DNA from: Streptomyces sp. SP18CS02
Lineage (GTDB): Bacteria; Actinomycetota; Actinomycetes; Streptomycetales; Streptomycetaceae
Direction: 5' to 3'
Assembly: GCF_036322365.1 (NCBI RefSeq)
Contig: NZ_JAQYXC010000263.1
Location: 102-24,101 of the forward strand
Length of the DNA: 24,000 nt
Shown here: piece by piece, positions 7,581 to 15,648 of the stretch
Position numbering within the stretch: the stretch's first letter is position 1
Layout: each line of letters begins with the position of its first letter
The notes under the pieces: generated by a model
Seen by the model: the letters and a program-made list of their open reading frames with translations, nothing else
Database searches by the model: none
What the model was told of the DNA's origin: nothing
Program-made: the position numbers and the translations under genes

Positions 7581-9611
7581 ATGTCCCGCGGCACCGCTGC
7601 TCCGAAGCCCGGGAACCCGGGAGTCCGTGCGGGGCGGGCTGCCGGGCCGGGGCGTGATTCTTCGCGGGTCGGCCGCCTGTTCCAGGGCGGCCGGCTGCTC
7701 CAGGACGGGGCGCCGGGTGGTCCGGTGCTCCGGCTCCTGGCGCGCTGGGTGCGCCGTCCGCTGCTGCCCGCCCTGCGGCTGTGGCGCCGGAACATCCAGC
7801 TGCGGGTGGTCGCGGGCACGCTGCTGATGTCGCTCGGAGTGGTGCTGCTGCTCGGCTTCGTGGTCATCGGCCAGATGCGCAACGGCCTGCTGGACGCCAA
7901 GGAGAGGGCGGCGCAGAGCCAGGCGTCCGGAGGTTTCTCGGCGGCCCAGGACTCGGCCAGCGCTCCTCCCGCCCCGGGCGGGCAGGACGGCGCGGCGGCC
8001 GGTACGGCGCGGTCCTCGCTGAACTGGCGGTCCGACCTGGTCGTGCAGCTCGCCAGCGGAGGCCAGAGCGCCTTCAACGTGGTGGCGCTCAGCTCCGACC
8101 TGGAGGGCACGGCCCCCAGCCGCGGCGCCCGCGCGTCGGGTGGTGTGGAGCCCGCGCGGAGCATCCCGGCCGGGCTGCGGGAGTCGGTGGCACAGGGGAC
8201 CGGGACGTTCCAGACGTACACCCGGATCACCTACACGGACGGCAAGAGGTCCGAGGCGGGCCTGGTCATCGGCAAGCGCCTCAATGACATCGAGGGCAAT
8301 TCCTACGAGCTCTACTACCTCTTCCCGCTGACGCAGGAGGAGGACTCGCTCTCGCTGGTCAAGACGACGCTCGCGACGGCAGGACTGTTCGTCGTGGTTC
8401 TGCTGTGCGCCATCGCCTGGCTCATGGTGCGGCAGGTCGTGACACCCGTACGCATGGCGGCGGGCATCGCCGAGCGGCTGTCCGCCGGCCGGCTGCAGGA
8501 ACGCATGAAGGTCACCGGTGAGGACGACATCGCCCGCCTCGGTGAAGCCTTCAACAAAATGGCGCAGAACCTCCAGCTCAAGATCCAGCAGCTGGAGGAG
8601 CTGTCGAGGATGCAGCGGCGGTTCGTCTCCGACGTGTCGCACGAGCTGCGCACGCCGCTGACCACCGTACGGATGGCCGCCGACGTCATCCACGAGGCCC
8701 GCGCCGACTTCGACCCGGTGACCGCCCGGTCGGCGGAGCTGCTGGGGGACCAGCTGGACCGCTTCGAGTCACTGCTCGCCGATCTCCTGGAGATCAGCCG
8801 CTTCGACGCCGGGGCGGCGGCGCTGGAGGCCGAGCCGATAGATCTGCGCGCGGTCGTCCGCAGGGTCATCGGCGGCGCCGAACCGCTGGCGGAGCGCAAG
8901 GGCGGGCGGATCGTCGTCGTGGGCGACGAGCAGCCGGTGGTCGCCGAGGCCGACGCGCGCCGCGTCGAGCGCGTGCTGCGCAACCTGGTCGTCAACGCCG
9001 TGGAACACGGCGAGGGCAGGGACGTCGTGGTGCGGATGGCCGCCGCGGGCGGTGCGGTGGCGGTCGCGGTGCGTGACTACGGCGTGGGTCTCAAGCCCGG
9101 TGAGGCGACCCGGGTGTTCAACCGCTTCTGGCGGGCCGACCCGGCTCGTGCCAGGACCACCGGTGGTACCGGTCTCGGCCTTTCGATCGCGGTCGAGGAC
9201 GCGCGGCTGCACGGCGGCTGGCTCCAGGCCTGGGGCGAGCCGGGCGGCGGTTCGCAGTTCCGGCTGACGCTGCCGCGTACGGCGGACGAGCCGCTGCGGG
9301 GTTCGCCCATACCGCTGGAGCCGGAGGACTCCCGGCGCAACCGGGAGCGGGCCGCCGCGGAGAGCGCGCAGGACGCACAGGACGGTGCGCGCCGCGCCAC
9401 GGTGCCGGGGCAGGCCGGAGTGGACCGTTCGCCGCTGTCCGTACCGCCGAGGACGGCCATACCGCCCCGGCAGGCGCAGGCCGCAGCCGATCCGACCGCC
9501 CTGCCGGGCAGCGGTGCCCGGGTGGTCGCGCGCGGCACGGGCGAGCGGGCGGGCGACAGGGCCCCGTCCACGCAGGACTCTGAGCGGGAGGGCACGACTC
9601 GTGGGCGCTGA
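7581..9611 (+). CDS. mtrB: sensor histidine kinase MtrB
   Basis: ATG at 7581 lies 1 nt after the mtrA stop and is in frame within track ORF 7548-9611. Two TM helices (VVAGTLLMSLGVVLLLGFVVIG; LATAGLFVVVLLCAIAWLMV) bracket a sensor loop. There is a HAMP region, an H-box (FVSDVSHELRTPLT), an N-box (NLVVNAVEHG) and G-boxes (RDYGVGL; GGTGLGLSI). A long low-complexity C-terminal tail follows. Confidence 0.93.
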   Translation: MSRGTAAPKPGNPGVRAGRAAGPGRDSSRVGRLFQGGRLLQDGAPGGPVLRLLARWVRRPLLPALRLWRRNIQLRVVAGTLLMSLGVVLLLGFVVIGQMRNGLLDAKERAAQSQASGGFSAAQDSASAPPAPGGQDGAAAGTARSSLNWRSDLVVQLASGGQSAFNVVALSSDLEGTAPSRGARASGGVEPARSIPAGLRESVAQGTGTFQTYTRITYTDGKRSEAGLVIGKRLNDIEGNSYELYYLFPLTQEEDSLSLVKTTLATAGLFVVVLLCAIAWLMVRQVVTPVRMAAGIAERLSAGRLQERMKVTGEDDIARLGEAFNKMAQNLQLKIQQLEELSRMQRRFVSDVSHELRTPLTTVRMAADVIHEARADFDPVTARSAELLGDQLDRFESLLADLLEISRFDAGAAALEAEPIDLRAVVRRVIGGAEPLAERKGGRIVVVGDEQPVVAEADARRVERVLRNLVVNAVEHGEGRDVVVRMAAAGGAVAVAVRDYGVGLKPGEATRVFNRFWRADPARARTTGGTGLGLSIAVEDARLHGGWLQAWGEPGGGSQFRLTLPRTADEPLRGSPIPLEPEDSRRNRERAAAESAQDAQDGARRATVPGQAGVDRSPLSVPPRTAIPPRQAQAAADPTALPGSGARVVARGTGERAGDRAPSTQDSEREGTTRGR

Positions 9612-11463
9612 CCGTCGTCGGCACGGCCGTGGACGCAGGGTGCGGGGTGTCGCGCTGCTCGGGTGCGCCGGGCTGCTGGCCGGGTGCGCGTCGATGCCCG
9701 ACAGCGGTGATGTCACCGCCGTGAAGGCATCGAAGCCGGGGGACTCCCAGGTGCGGGTGTACCCGGTGATGCCCCGGGAGAACGCCGAGCCGGGTGAGAT
9801 AGTCGACGGGTTCCTGGAAGCGATGACCGGCGACGATCCGGGGTTCGCCACGGCCCGCAAGTACCTGACCAAGCAGGCGGCGCGCACCTGGAGACCGGAG
9901 GAGCGCACCACGGTCCTCACCGCCGCCCCGGACCGCAAGCAGCCGGAGCCCAGCAGCAGGCTGGAGTCGCCCGGGCTGGTCTACCCCCTGTACGGCCAGC
10001 AGATCGCGACGGTCGACGGCCGGCACGCCTACCGGCCGGTGGCGCCCGCCGAGTACTCCGGATCGATCCACCTCGTCCAGGTGGGCAGCGGCGCGGAGGG
10101 CAAGGCCAAGGAGTGGCGGATCGACAGCCTGCCGCCGGGGCTCGTGCTCAGTGAGTCGGACTTCCAGCGCAACTACCGCTCCGTGAACAAGTACTACTTC
10201 GCTTCGGGGCGGAACTGGGTCGTGGCCGATCCGGTGTACATCCGGCAGCGGCAGGACCCGGTGACACGGATGGATCCCGTGGCGCAGACGGTCAAGGCGT
10301 TGCTCGACGGGCCGACCAACTGGCTGAAGCCGGTGGTCGATTCGCGTTTTCCCACCGGTACGACGCTGAAGAAGGACGTCAAGTCGTTGACGCCCGACGA
10401 CCAGAACACGCTGACGGTGCCGCTCAATGACAAGGCGGACAATGTCGGCCGGGAGCAGTGCCGGAAAATGGCGGCGCAATTGCTCTTCACCGTCGGGGAC
10501 CTGACGCCCACCAGGGTGGAGCAGGTGGCGTTGCAGCGTTCGGACGGTTCGCCGCTGTGCACACTGGGTGAGAACCAGAAGGAAAACTTCGTGGCCGATC
10601 CCAATGCCGGCATTCCCGAGAATCCCTACTTCATCAATGCCGGTGGTCAGCTGGCGGAGCTCGAGGTGGCCGCGAAGGACGTGGGTGAACCGCAGCCGGT
10701 GCTGGGGCCGTTCGGCAACGGCGTGGTGAAGCTGGGCTCGGTCGCGGTCGCGCGGGACGAGCGGTACGCCGCCGCGGTGACGCAGGACGGCCAGGACCTG
10801 AGGGTGGCGTCCATCGTCTCGGAGGCGGAGCTTCCCGAGCCGTTGGTCAGCAGCAAGGGCAAGCGGCCCGCCGAGCGGCTGTCCGCGCCGAGCTGGGACG
10901 GCCGGGGCGATCTGTGGGTCGCGGACCGGGACGCGGCCGGGCCGCGACTGGTGCTCGTGCCGGGTGGCTCCGGTGAGGCGCTGACCGTCACGACCCCCTG
11001 GCTCGTGGACGGCGTGCGGATCGAGGCGCTGCGGGTCTCCGAGGACGGGGTGCGGATCGCGCTGCTGCTGGGCAAGGGGGACAAGACCACCCTGCACATC
11101 GGCCGGGTGGAGCGCCACGGCTCCGGGACGCAACGGTCGGCCGCCGTGGTGGACCTGGAGTCCGTCGCCCCCCGCATGGAGTCCGTGACCTCGGTTTCCT
11201 GGGCGGGCCCGAGCAGGCTCGTGGTGCTCGGCAAACTGGCCGGCGGGGTCCAGCAGGTGCGGTACATCCAGACGGACGGTTCGACGTCCGCCGCCGGTAT
11301 CCCCGGTCTGAACCAGGTCCAGACGGTCGCGGCGGCCAACGACGAGCGGGTGCCCCTGGTGGCGTCCTCCCCGGACGACGGCATCGTGCGTCTCCAGTCC
11401 GGCGCCAACTGGCAGCCCATGGTCGAGAAGGGCAAGGGGACCTTCCCCGTCTACCCCGGCTGA
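9601..11463 (+). CDS. lpqB: lipoprotein LpqB
   Basis: GTG at 9601 overlaps the mtrB 3' end by 11 nt and is in frame within track ORF 9385-11463. The N-terminus is basic, followed by a hydrophobic stretch and the lipobox LLAGC (Cys29), giving a lipoprotein signal peptide. Its conserved position directly after mtrB and its ~620 aa length fit LpqB. Confidence 0.9.
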   Translation: MGADRRRHGRGRRVRGVALLGCAGLLAGCASMPDSGDVTAVKASKPGDSQVRVYPVMPRENAEPGEIVDGFLEAMTGDDPGFATARKYLTKQAARTWRPEERTTVLTAAPDRKQPEPSSRLESPGLVYPLYGQQIATVDGRHAYRPVAPAEYSGSIHLVQVGSGAEGKAKEWRIDSLPPGLVLSESDFQRNYRSVNKYYFASGRNWVVADPVYIRQRQDPVTRMDPVAQTVKALLDGPTNWLKPVVDSRFPTGTTLKKDVKSLTPDDQNTLTVPLNDKADNVGREQCRKMAAQLLFTVGDLTPTRVEQVALQRSDGSPLCTLGENQKENFVADPNAGIPENPYFINAGGQLAELEVAAKDVGEPQPVLGPFGNGVVKLGSVAVARDERYAAAVTQDGQDLRVASIVSEAELPEPLVSSKGKRPAERLSAPSWDGRGDLWVADRDAAGPRLVLVPGGSGEALTVTTPWLVDGVRIEALRVSEDGVRIALLLGKGDKTTLHIGRVERHGSGTQRSAAVVDLESVAPRMESVTSVSWAGPSRLVVLGKLAGGVQQVRYIQTDGSTSAAGIPGLNQVQTVAAANDERVPLVASSPDDGIVRLQSGANWQPMVEKGKGTFPVYPG

Positions 11464-11514
11464 TCCGGCTCGTCGAGAGTCCGGTTCCCGGCGCCACGGG
11501 TACCCCCTTCCGGG

Positions 11515-11557
11515 CACCCCATGCAGGCCGGGCCTGACGCGGGGCCCGCATGGGGTG
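11515..11557 (+). terminator. stem-loop downstream of lpqB (candidate intrinsic terminator, no U-tract)
   Basis: CACCCCATGC (11515-11524) and GCATGGGGTG (11548-11557) form a perfect 10-bp inverted repeat with further G/C pairing possible inside. It lies about 50 nt after the lpqB stop. Confidence 0.55.
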
Positions 11558-11660
11558 TCCCGCACGCGTGCCCTGCCCCGTGCCGCGCGGCCTGCCCACG
11601 GCCTCGACGAGGTTTTCCACAGGGGTGGCAAGCGGTCCGCCCGGGCCCCAGAGTGGACGC

Positions 11661-12413
11661 ATGCGGGTGTGGTGGCGGGAGATCGCCGGGCTGGTGCTGC
11701 CGATGGCCTGCGGCGGTTGCGGCCGTCCGCGCACCCGGCTGTGCGAGCGGTGCGGGCAGGCGCTGTACGGGGCGGAGCCCGGGAGGGTCAGGCCGGCGCC
11801 GGAGCCTGCGGGGCTGCCGGTCGTCCACGCGGCCGCGCCCTACACGGACGCGGTGCGGGCGGTTCTCCTGGGTCACAAGGAGCGAGGCGCACTGGGGCTG
11901 GCCGAGCCTCTGGGCCTTGCCCTGGCGGGGGCCGTGAGGGCCTCCGTACCACCCTCTGCCGGGCTCGGGGCCGGGCCCCTGCTCCTGGTGCCCGTGCCGT
12001 CCGCCCGACGTGCGGTGCGGGCACGTGGGCACGACGCGGCCCGGCGGATCGCATGGGCGGCTGCCGGGCAACTGAGACGTACGGGTACAGCGGTGCGGGT
12101 GTTGCCCGTGTTGCGTCAGAGGCGAAAGGTGGCGGACCAGACGGGCCTCGGTGCCCGGCAGCGGCTGGTCAACATGGCGGGTGCCCTGGAGGCGGTGGCC
12201 GGGGCGGAGCGGCTGATGGCGGGCGGGCGGGTGCTGCTGGTCGACGATCTCATGACCACGGGTGCTTCGCTGGTCGAGGCCGCCAGGGCACTGCGTGCCG
12301 CGACGGACGGTTCGTCCGCGGCATTCGGCCAGGTGGGCGCAGCAGTTGTCGCCGCGCCGCTGATCTCGTTCCATAAACCGGAACTGACGGGGAAGACGCA
12401 TCGTTGCAGCTAG
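11661..12413 (+). CDS. ComF-family protein / phosphoribosyltransferase-domain protein
   Basis: ATG at 11661 (MRVWWREIAGLVLP...) is in frame within track ORF 11550-12413. It has an N-terminal Cys4 zinc-ribbon pattern (CGGCGRP...CERCG) and a C-terminal PRPP-binding loop (VLLVDDLMTTGASL). Confidence 0.85.
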   Translation: MRVWWREIAGLVLPMACGGCGRPRTRLCERCGQALYGAEPGRVRPAPEPAGLPVVHAAAPYTDAVRAVLLGHKERGALGLAEPLGLALAGAVRASVPPSAGLGAGPLLLVPVPSARRAVRARGHDAARRIAWAAAGQLRRTGTAVRVLPVLRQRRKVADQTGLGARQRLVNMAGALEAVAGAERLMAGGRVLLVDDLMTTGASLVEAARALRAATDGSSAAFGQVGAAVVAAPLISFHKPELTGKTHRCS

Positions 12414-12720
12414 TGAGGGAACGGAAACACCTGATCGGACGTACGTGCTGGTAGCGGGTGCCGACACCCGTCCGAGCGAGCTATGTTCGGTCTGTGAGGA
12501 ATGGCGAAAGCCGCGCTTCACCGAATGCACTGACGTGCTTCCGGGCACTTTCCGGTAGCGGCCAGGACATCCAAGTCGGTGGAATGGGGATCTTGCCGAC
12601 GGGGGAGGAGGAGGTCGAAGTCGCCTAGTCCGAGACTCCGGTGTTCACCGGGGTCTGGTGCAAAAGGGAGAGCTCGCCGGCCAGGGAGCTGGACGGAGCG
12701 ATCCGGGAACGGAGTTCTGC
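12414..12720 (+). promoter_or_regulatory. long leader / promoter region upstream of hpf
   Basis: This 307-bp non-coding stretch is visibly less GC-rich than the flanking genes. It contains a purine tract GGGGGAGGAGGAGG (12601-12614). No convincing gene is present in any frame. Confidence 0.4.
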
Positions 12721-13407
12721 GTGGACATCGTCGTCAAGGGCCGCAAGACCGAGGTGCCCGAGCGGTTCCGCAAGCACGTGGCCGAGAAGCTGAAGCTGGA
12801 CAAGATCCAGAAGCTCGACGGCAAGGTGATCAGCCTCGACGTCGAGGTGTCCAAGGAGCACAACCCGCGGCAGGCCGACCGGTCCGACCGCGTGGAGATC
12901 ACCCTTCACTCCCGAGGTCCGGTGATCCGGGCGGAGGCGGCTGCAGGCGACCCGTACGCAGCGCTTGATCTTGCCACGGGCAAGCTGGAGGCGCGGCTGC
13001 GCAAGCAGCACGACAAGCGCCACACACGCCGGGGCAGCGGCCGACTGTCGGCCGCCGAGGTCGCCGACACCGTTCCGGGCGTCGCCCGGCTGAACGGGAC
13101 CGGCGCGCTGGGCGCGGACGACAGCGACAGCATTCCGACCACCAGGATGGGCTCGCTCGAAGTCCAGGGCGAGGGACCGCTGGTGGTCCGCGAGAAGAAC
13201 CACACGGCCGCACCGATGACGCTCGACCAGGCGCTCTACGAGATGGAGCTGGTCGGGCACGACTTCTATCTGTTCGTCGACTCCGAGACGAAGCAGCCCA
13301 GTGTCGTCTACCGGCGACACGCGTACGACTACGGCGTCATCCACCTCGAGTCCGACCCGCTCGCCGGTTCCGAGGCGGGCGGCGCCGGTGGTGCGCTCGG
13401 CGGCTGA
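12721..13407 (+). CDS. hpf: ribosome hibernation-promoting factor, long form
   Basis: GTG at 12721 (VDIVVKGRKTEVPERFRKHVAEKL...) is preceded by GGAG with a 6-nt spacer. It has an N-terminal S30AE/RaiA-type domain, a linker, and a C-terminal dimerisation domain (...PMTLDQALYEMELVGHDFYLFVDSETKQPSVVYRRHAYDYGVIHL). An alternative GTG start at 12658 (track ORF) is less likely. Confidence 0.9.
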   Translation: MDIVVKGRKTEVPERFRKHVAEKLKLDKIQKLDGKVISLDVEVSKEHNPRQADRSDRVEITLHSRGPVIRAEAAAGDPYAALDLATGKLEARLRKQHDKRHTRRGSGRLSAAEVADTVPGVARLNGTGALGADDSDSIPTTRMGSLEVQGEGPLVVREKNHTAAPMTLDQALYEMELVGHDFYLFVDSETKQPSVVYRRHAYDYGVIHLESDPLAGSEAGGAGGALGG

Positions 13408-13420
13408 CCCCGCTCGGACA

Positions 13421-13457
13421 GTGCCCCTGGAGCGCGCTTGTGCGCCCCCAGGGGCAC
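13421..13457 (+). terminator. stem-loop downstream of hpf
   Basis: GTGCCCCTGG (13421-13430) pairs with CCAGGGGCAC (13448-13457), and an inner GCGC/GCGC pairing is possible. It starts 14 nt after the hpf stop. Confidence 0.6.
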
Positions 13458-13592
13458 CCTCGTGCGACCGCGGGATCACCGTTTCGCCGTCCGGGCATGA
13501 AATCATGACGCCGTGCGCCAACCGGTGCTCCGTGAACCGAGGTTGGCGGACGGAACATGAACTTCAGGCCCCGGCCTTCAGGGGGAGGAACG

Positions 13593-14363
13593 ATGGCGGA
13601 CAGCTTCGGCCCGGTGTATCACCAGGGCGGCCCCGGCGCCCCGCTCGACGGCGCGGGTCCCGGAAGCGATCCCGGCTCCGACAGGGACGGCGGCGCGTCC
13701 CGGGAGCCCATCCGGGTCCTGGTGGTGGACGACCACGCCCTCTTCCGGCGCGGTCTGGAGATCGTCCTCGCCCAGGAGGAGGACATCCAGGTGGTGGGTG
13801 AGGCGGGCGACGGCGCGGAAGCCGTCGACAAGGCCGCCGACCTGCTGCCCGACATCATCCTGATGGATGTACGGATGCCGAAGCGCGGTGGTATCGAGGC
13901 CTGCACCTCCATCAAGGAGGTTGCCCCCAGCGCCAAGATCATCATGCTGACGATCAGCGACGAGGAGGCCGACCTCTACGACGCGATCAAGGCGGGCGCG
14001 ACCGGTTATCTCCTCAAGGAGATCTCCACCGACGAGGTCGCCACCGCGATCCGGGCGGTCGCCGACGGCCAGTCGCAGATCAGCCCCTCGATGGCGTCCA
14101 AGCTCCTCACCGAGTTCAAGTCGATGATCCAGCGCACCGACGAACGCCGTCTGGTGCCGGCGCCACGGCTGACCGACCGGGAGCTGGAGGTGCTCAAGCT
14201 GGTCGCCACCGGCATGAACAACCGGGACATCGCCAAAGAGCTGTTCATCTCGGAGAACACCGTGAAGAACCACGTCCGCAACATCCTGGAGAAGCTGCAG
14301 CTGCACTCCAGGATGGAGGCGGTCGTGTACGCGATGCGGGAGAAGATCCTCGAAATCAGGTGA
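13593..14363 (+). CDS. NarL/FixJ (LuxR-type) response regulator, orphan
   Basis: ATG at 13593 is preceded by GGGGGAGGA with a 4-nt spacer and is in frame within track ORF 13557-14363. A G/P/D-rich extension of about 38 aa comes first. The receiver domain has VLVVDDH, IILMDVRMP (acceptor Asp), IMLT and YLLKE. The C-terminal LuxR HTH has LTDRELEVLKLVATGMNNRDIAKELFISENTVKNHVRNILEKL. Confidence 0.9.
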   Translation: MADSFGPVYHQGGPGAPLDGAGPGSDPGSDRDGGASREPIRVLVVDDHALFRRGLEIVLAQEEDIQVVGEAGDGAEAVDKAADLLPDIILMDVRMPKRGGIEACTSIKEVAPSAKIIMLTISDEEADLYDAIKAGATGYLLKEISTDEVATAIRAVADGQSQISPSMASKLLTEFKSMIQRTDERRLVPAPRLTDRELEVLKLVATGMNNRDIAKELFISENTVKNHVRNILEKLQLHSRMEAVVYAMREKILEIR

Positions 14364-14386
14364 CCGGCGGCCACGAGGGCGCGGGT

Positions 14387-14418
14387 GCCCCCGGCCCGGG
14401 CCGGCCGGCGCCGGGGGC
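14387..14418. terminator. GC-rich hairpin between convergent genes (candidate bidirectional terminator)
   Basis: GCCCCCGGC (14387-14395) pairs with GCCGGGGGC (14410-14418). It sits in the 63-bp gap between the response-regulator stop (14363) and the stop of the minus-strand gene (14427). Confidence 0.5.
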
Positions 14419-14426
14419 GGGGCCCG

Positions 14427-15623
14427 TCAGGCCAGGGCCGCCGTCAGCGCGGCGGCGAGTTCCGGGCGGTCGACGCGTTCGATCCGTACGGAATCGCACC
14501 CCACCCACTCGGCGGCCTCGCGCAGCGCCCGGGCCATCGGTTCCGCGGCCTTCGCCGTGTCCAGCGACACCTGCCTCGCCACCAGGGTCGTGCCCTCGCG
14601 CGCCGGGTCGACCCGGCCCAGCAGCCTGCCTCCCGCCAGCAGCGGCATCGCGAAGTAGCCGTGGACCCGCTTCTGCTTGGGGACGTAGGCCTCCAGCCGG
14701 TGGGTGAAGCCGAAGACGCGCTCGGTGCGGGCCCGCTCCCAGATCAGCGAGTCGAACGGTGACAGCAGAGTCGTCCGGTGGCGGCCGCGCGGTTCGCTCG
14801 CCAGTGCCTCGGGGTCCGCCCAGGCGGGCTTCTCCCACCCCTGGACCCGCACCGGCACCAGCCCGGACTCCTCGATCACCGCGTCGAACTGCTCACCCTT
14901 GAGGCGGTGGTAGTCGGCGATGTCCGCGCGGGTGCCGACGCCCAGCGCCCGGCCCGCGAGCCGGACGAGACGGCGCAGGCACTCGTGGTCGTCCAGCTCG
15001 TCGTGGAGCAGGTCGTCCGGGATGGCCCGCTCGGCCAGGTCGTAGACCCGCTTCCAGCCGCGCCGCTGGGTGCAGACCACCTCTCCGTACATCAGCGCCC
15101 GCTCGACGGCGACCTTCGACTCCGACCAGTCCCACCACTCGCCGCCGTTCTTGGCGCCGCCGAGCTCCGTGGCCGTCAGCGGGCCCTCGGCCCGCAGCTG
15201 CTTGATGACCGCGTCATAGGCGCCGTCCGGCAGGTCGTGGTACCAGTGCGGGCGGGCACGGTACGCGCGGCGGCGGAAGGCGAAGTGCGGCCACTCCTCG
15301 ACCGGCAGGACGCACGCCGCGTGCGACCAGTACTCGAAGGCGTGCGGGCGTGCCGGGGACGTGCCCACGGCCGTGCTCGCCCAGTAGGCGTCGTCGACGG
15401 TCGCGCGGCCGACCGCCCCGAGGCGCGCGTACGGGATCAGCTCGTGGGAGCGCGCCAGCACGGAGATGGTGTCCAGCTGTACGGCGCCGAGGTGGCGCAG
15501 CACGCCGCGCACACCCGCTCTGCGGTCGGGGGCGCCCAGGAAGCCCTGGGCGCGCAGCGCGATGCGACGGGCCTCGTCGGCGGAGAGGTCGGCGGCGGCA
15601 GGAGGCAGGGTCGTCATGCTCAC
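14427..15623 (-). CDS. winged-helix DNA glycosylase, YcaQ-like (AlkZ/YcaQ, former DUF1006 family)
   Basis: 398 aa. GTG starts at 15623, with an alternative ATG at 15617. The N-terminal LRAQGF...HLGAVQLDTISVLARSHEL contains a Q-hydrophobic-D motif (Q49-L50-D51, nt 15471-15479), characteristic of the YcaQ-like branch. FEYWSHAACVLP and the C-terminal HGYFAMPLL...RVD motifs fit the family. Confidence 0.8.
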   Translation of the reverse strand: MSMTTLPPAAADLSADEARRIALRAQGFLGAPDRRAGVRGVLRHLGAVQLDTISVLARSHELIPYARLGAVGRATVDDAYWASTAVGTSPARPHAFEYWSHAACVLPVEEWPHFAFRRRAYRARPHWYHDLPDGAYDAVIKQLRAEGPLTATELGGAKNGGEWWDWSESKVAVERALMYGEVVCTQRRGWKRVYDLAERAIPDDLLHDELDDHECLRRLVRLAGRALGVGTRADIADYHRLKGEQFDAVIEESGLVPVRVQGWEKPAWADPEALASEPRGRHRTTLLSPFDSLIWERARTERVFGFTHRLEAYVPKQKRVHGYFAMPLLAGGRLLGRVDPAREGTTLVARQVSLDTAKAAEPMARALREAAEWVGCDSVRIERVDRPELAAALTAALA

Positions 15624-15648
15624 GCACGATAGACCGAGCCACTGACAG

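Noticed and set aside
5548-8693. Several 340-450-aa minus-strand ORFs (5548-6567, 6878-8230, 7410-8693) opposite mtnA, mtrA and mtrB
   Set aside because: They are shadow ORFs of clearly identified plus-strand genes, with Arg/Pro-rich products.
9118-11631. 837-aa minus-strand ORF opposite lpqB and the mtrB 3' end
   Set aside because: It is a shadow frame of lpqB, Arg/Pro/Gly/His-rich and low-complexity, with no start context.
12584-12628. 14-codon uORF (MGILPTGEEEVEVA) in the hpf leader
   Set aside because: Its ATG is immediately adjacent to a GGTGGA with no spacer, so the SD geometry is poor, and I have no conservation evidence. It is kept only as a note inside the leader finding.
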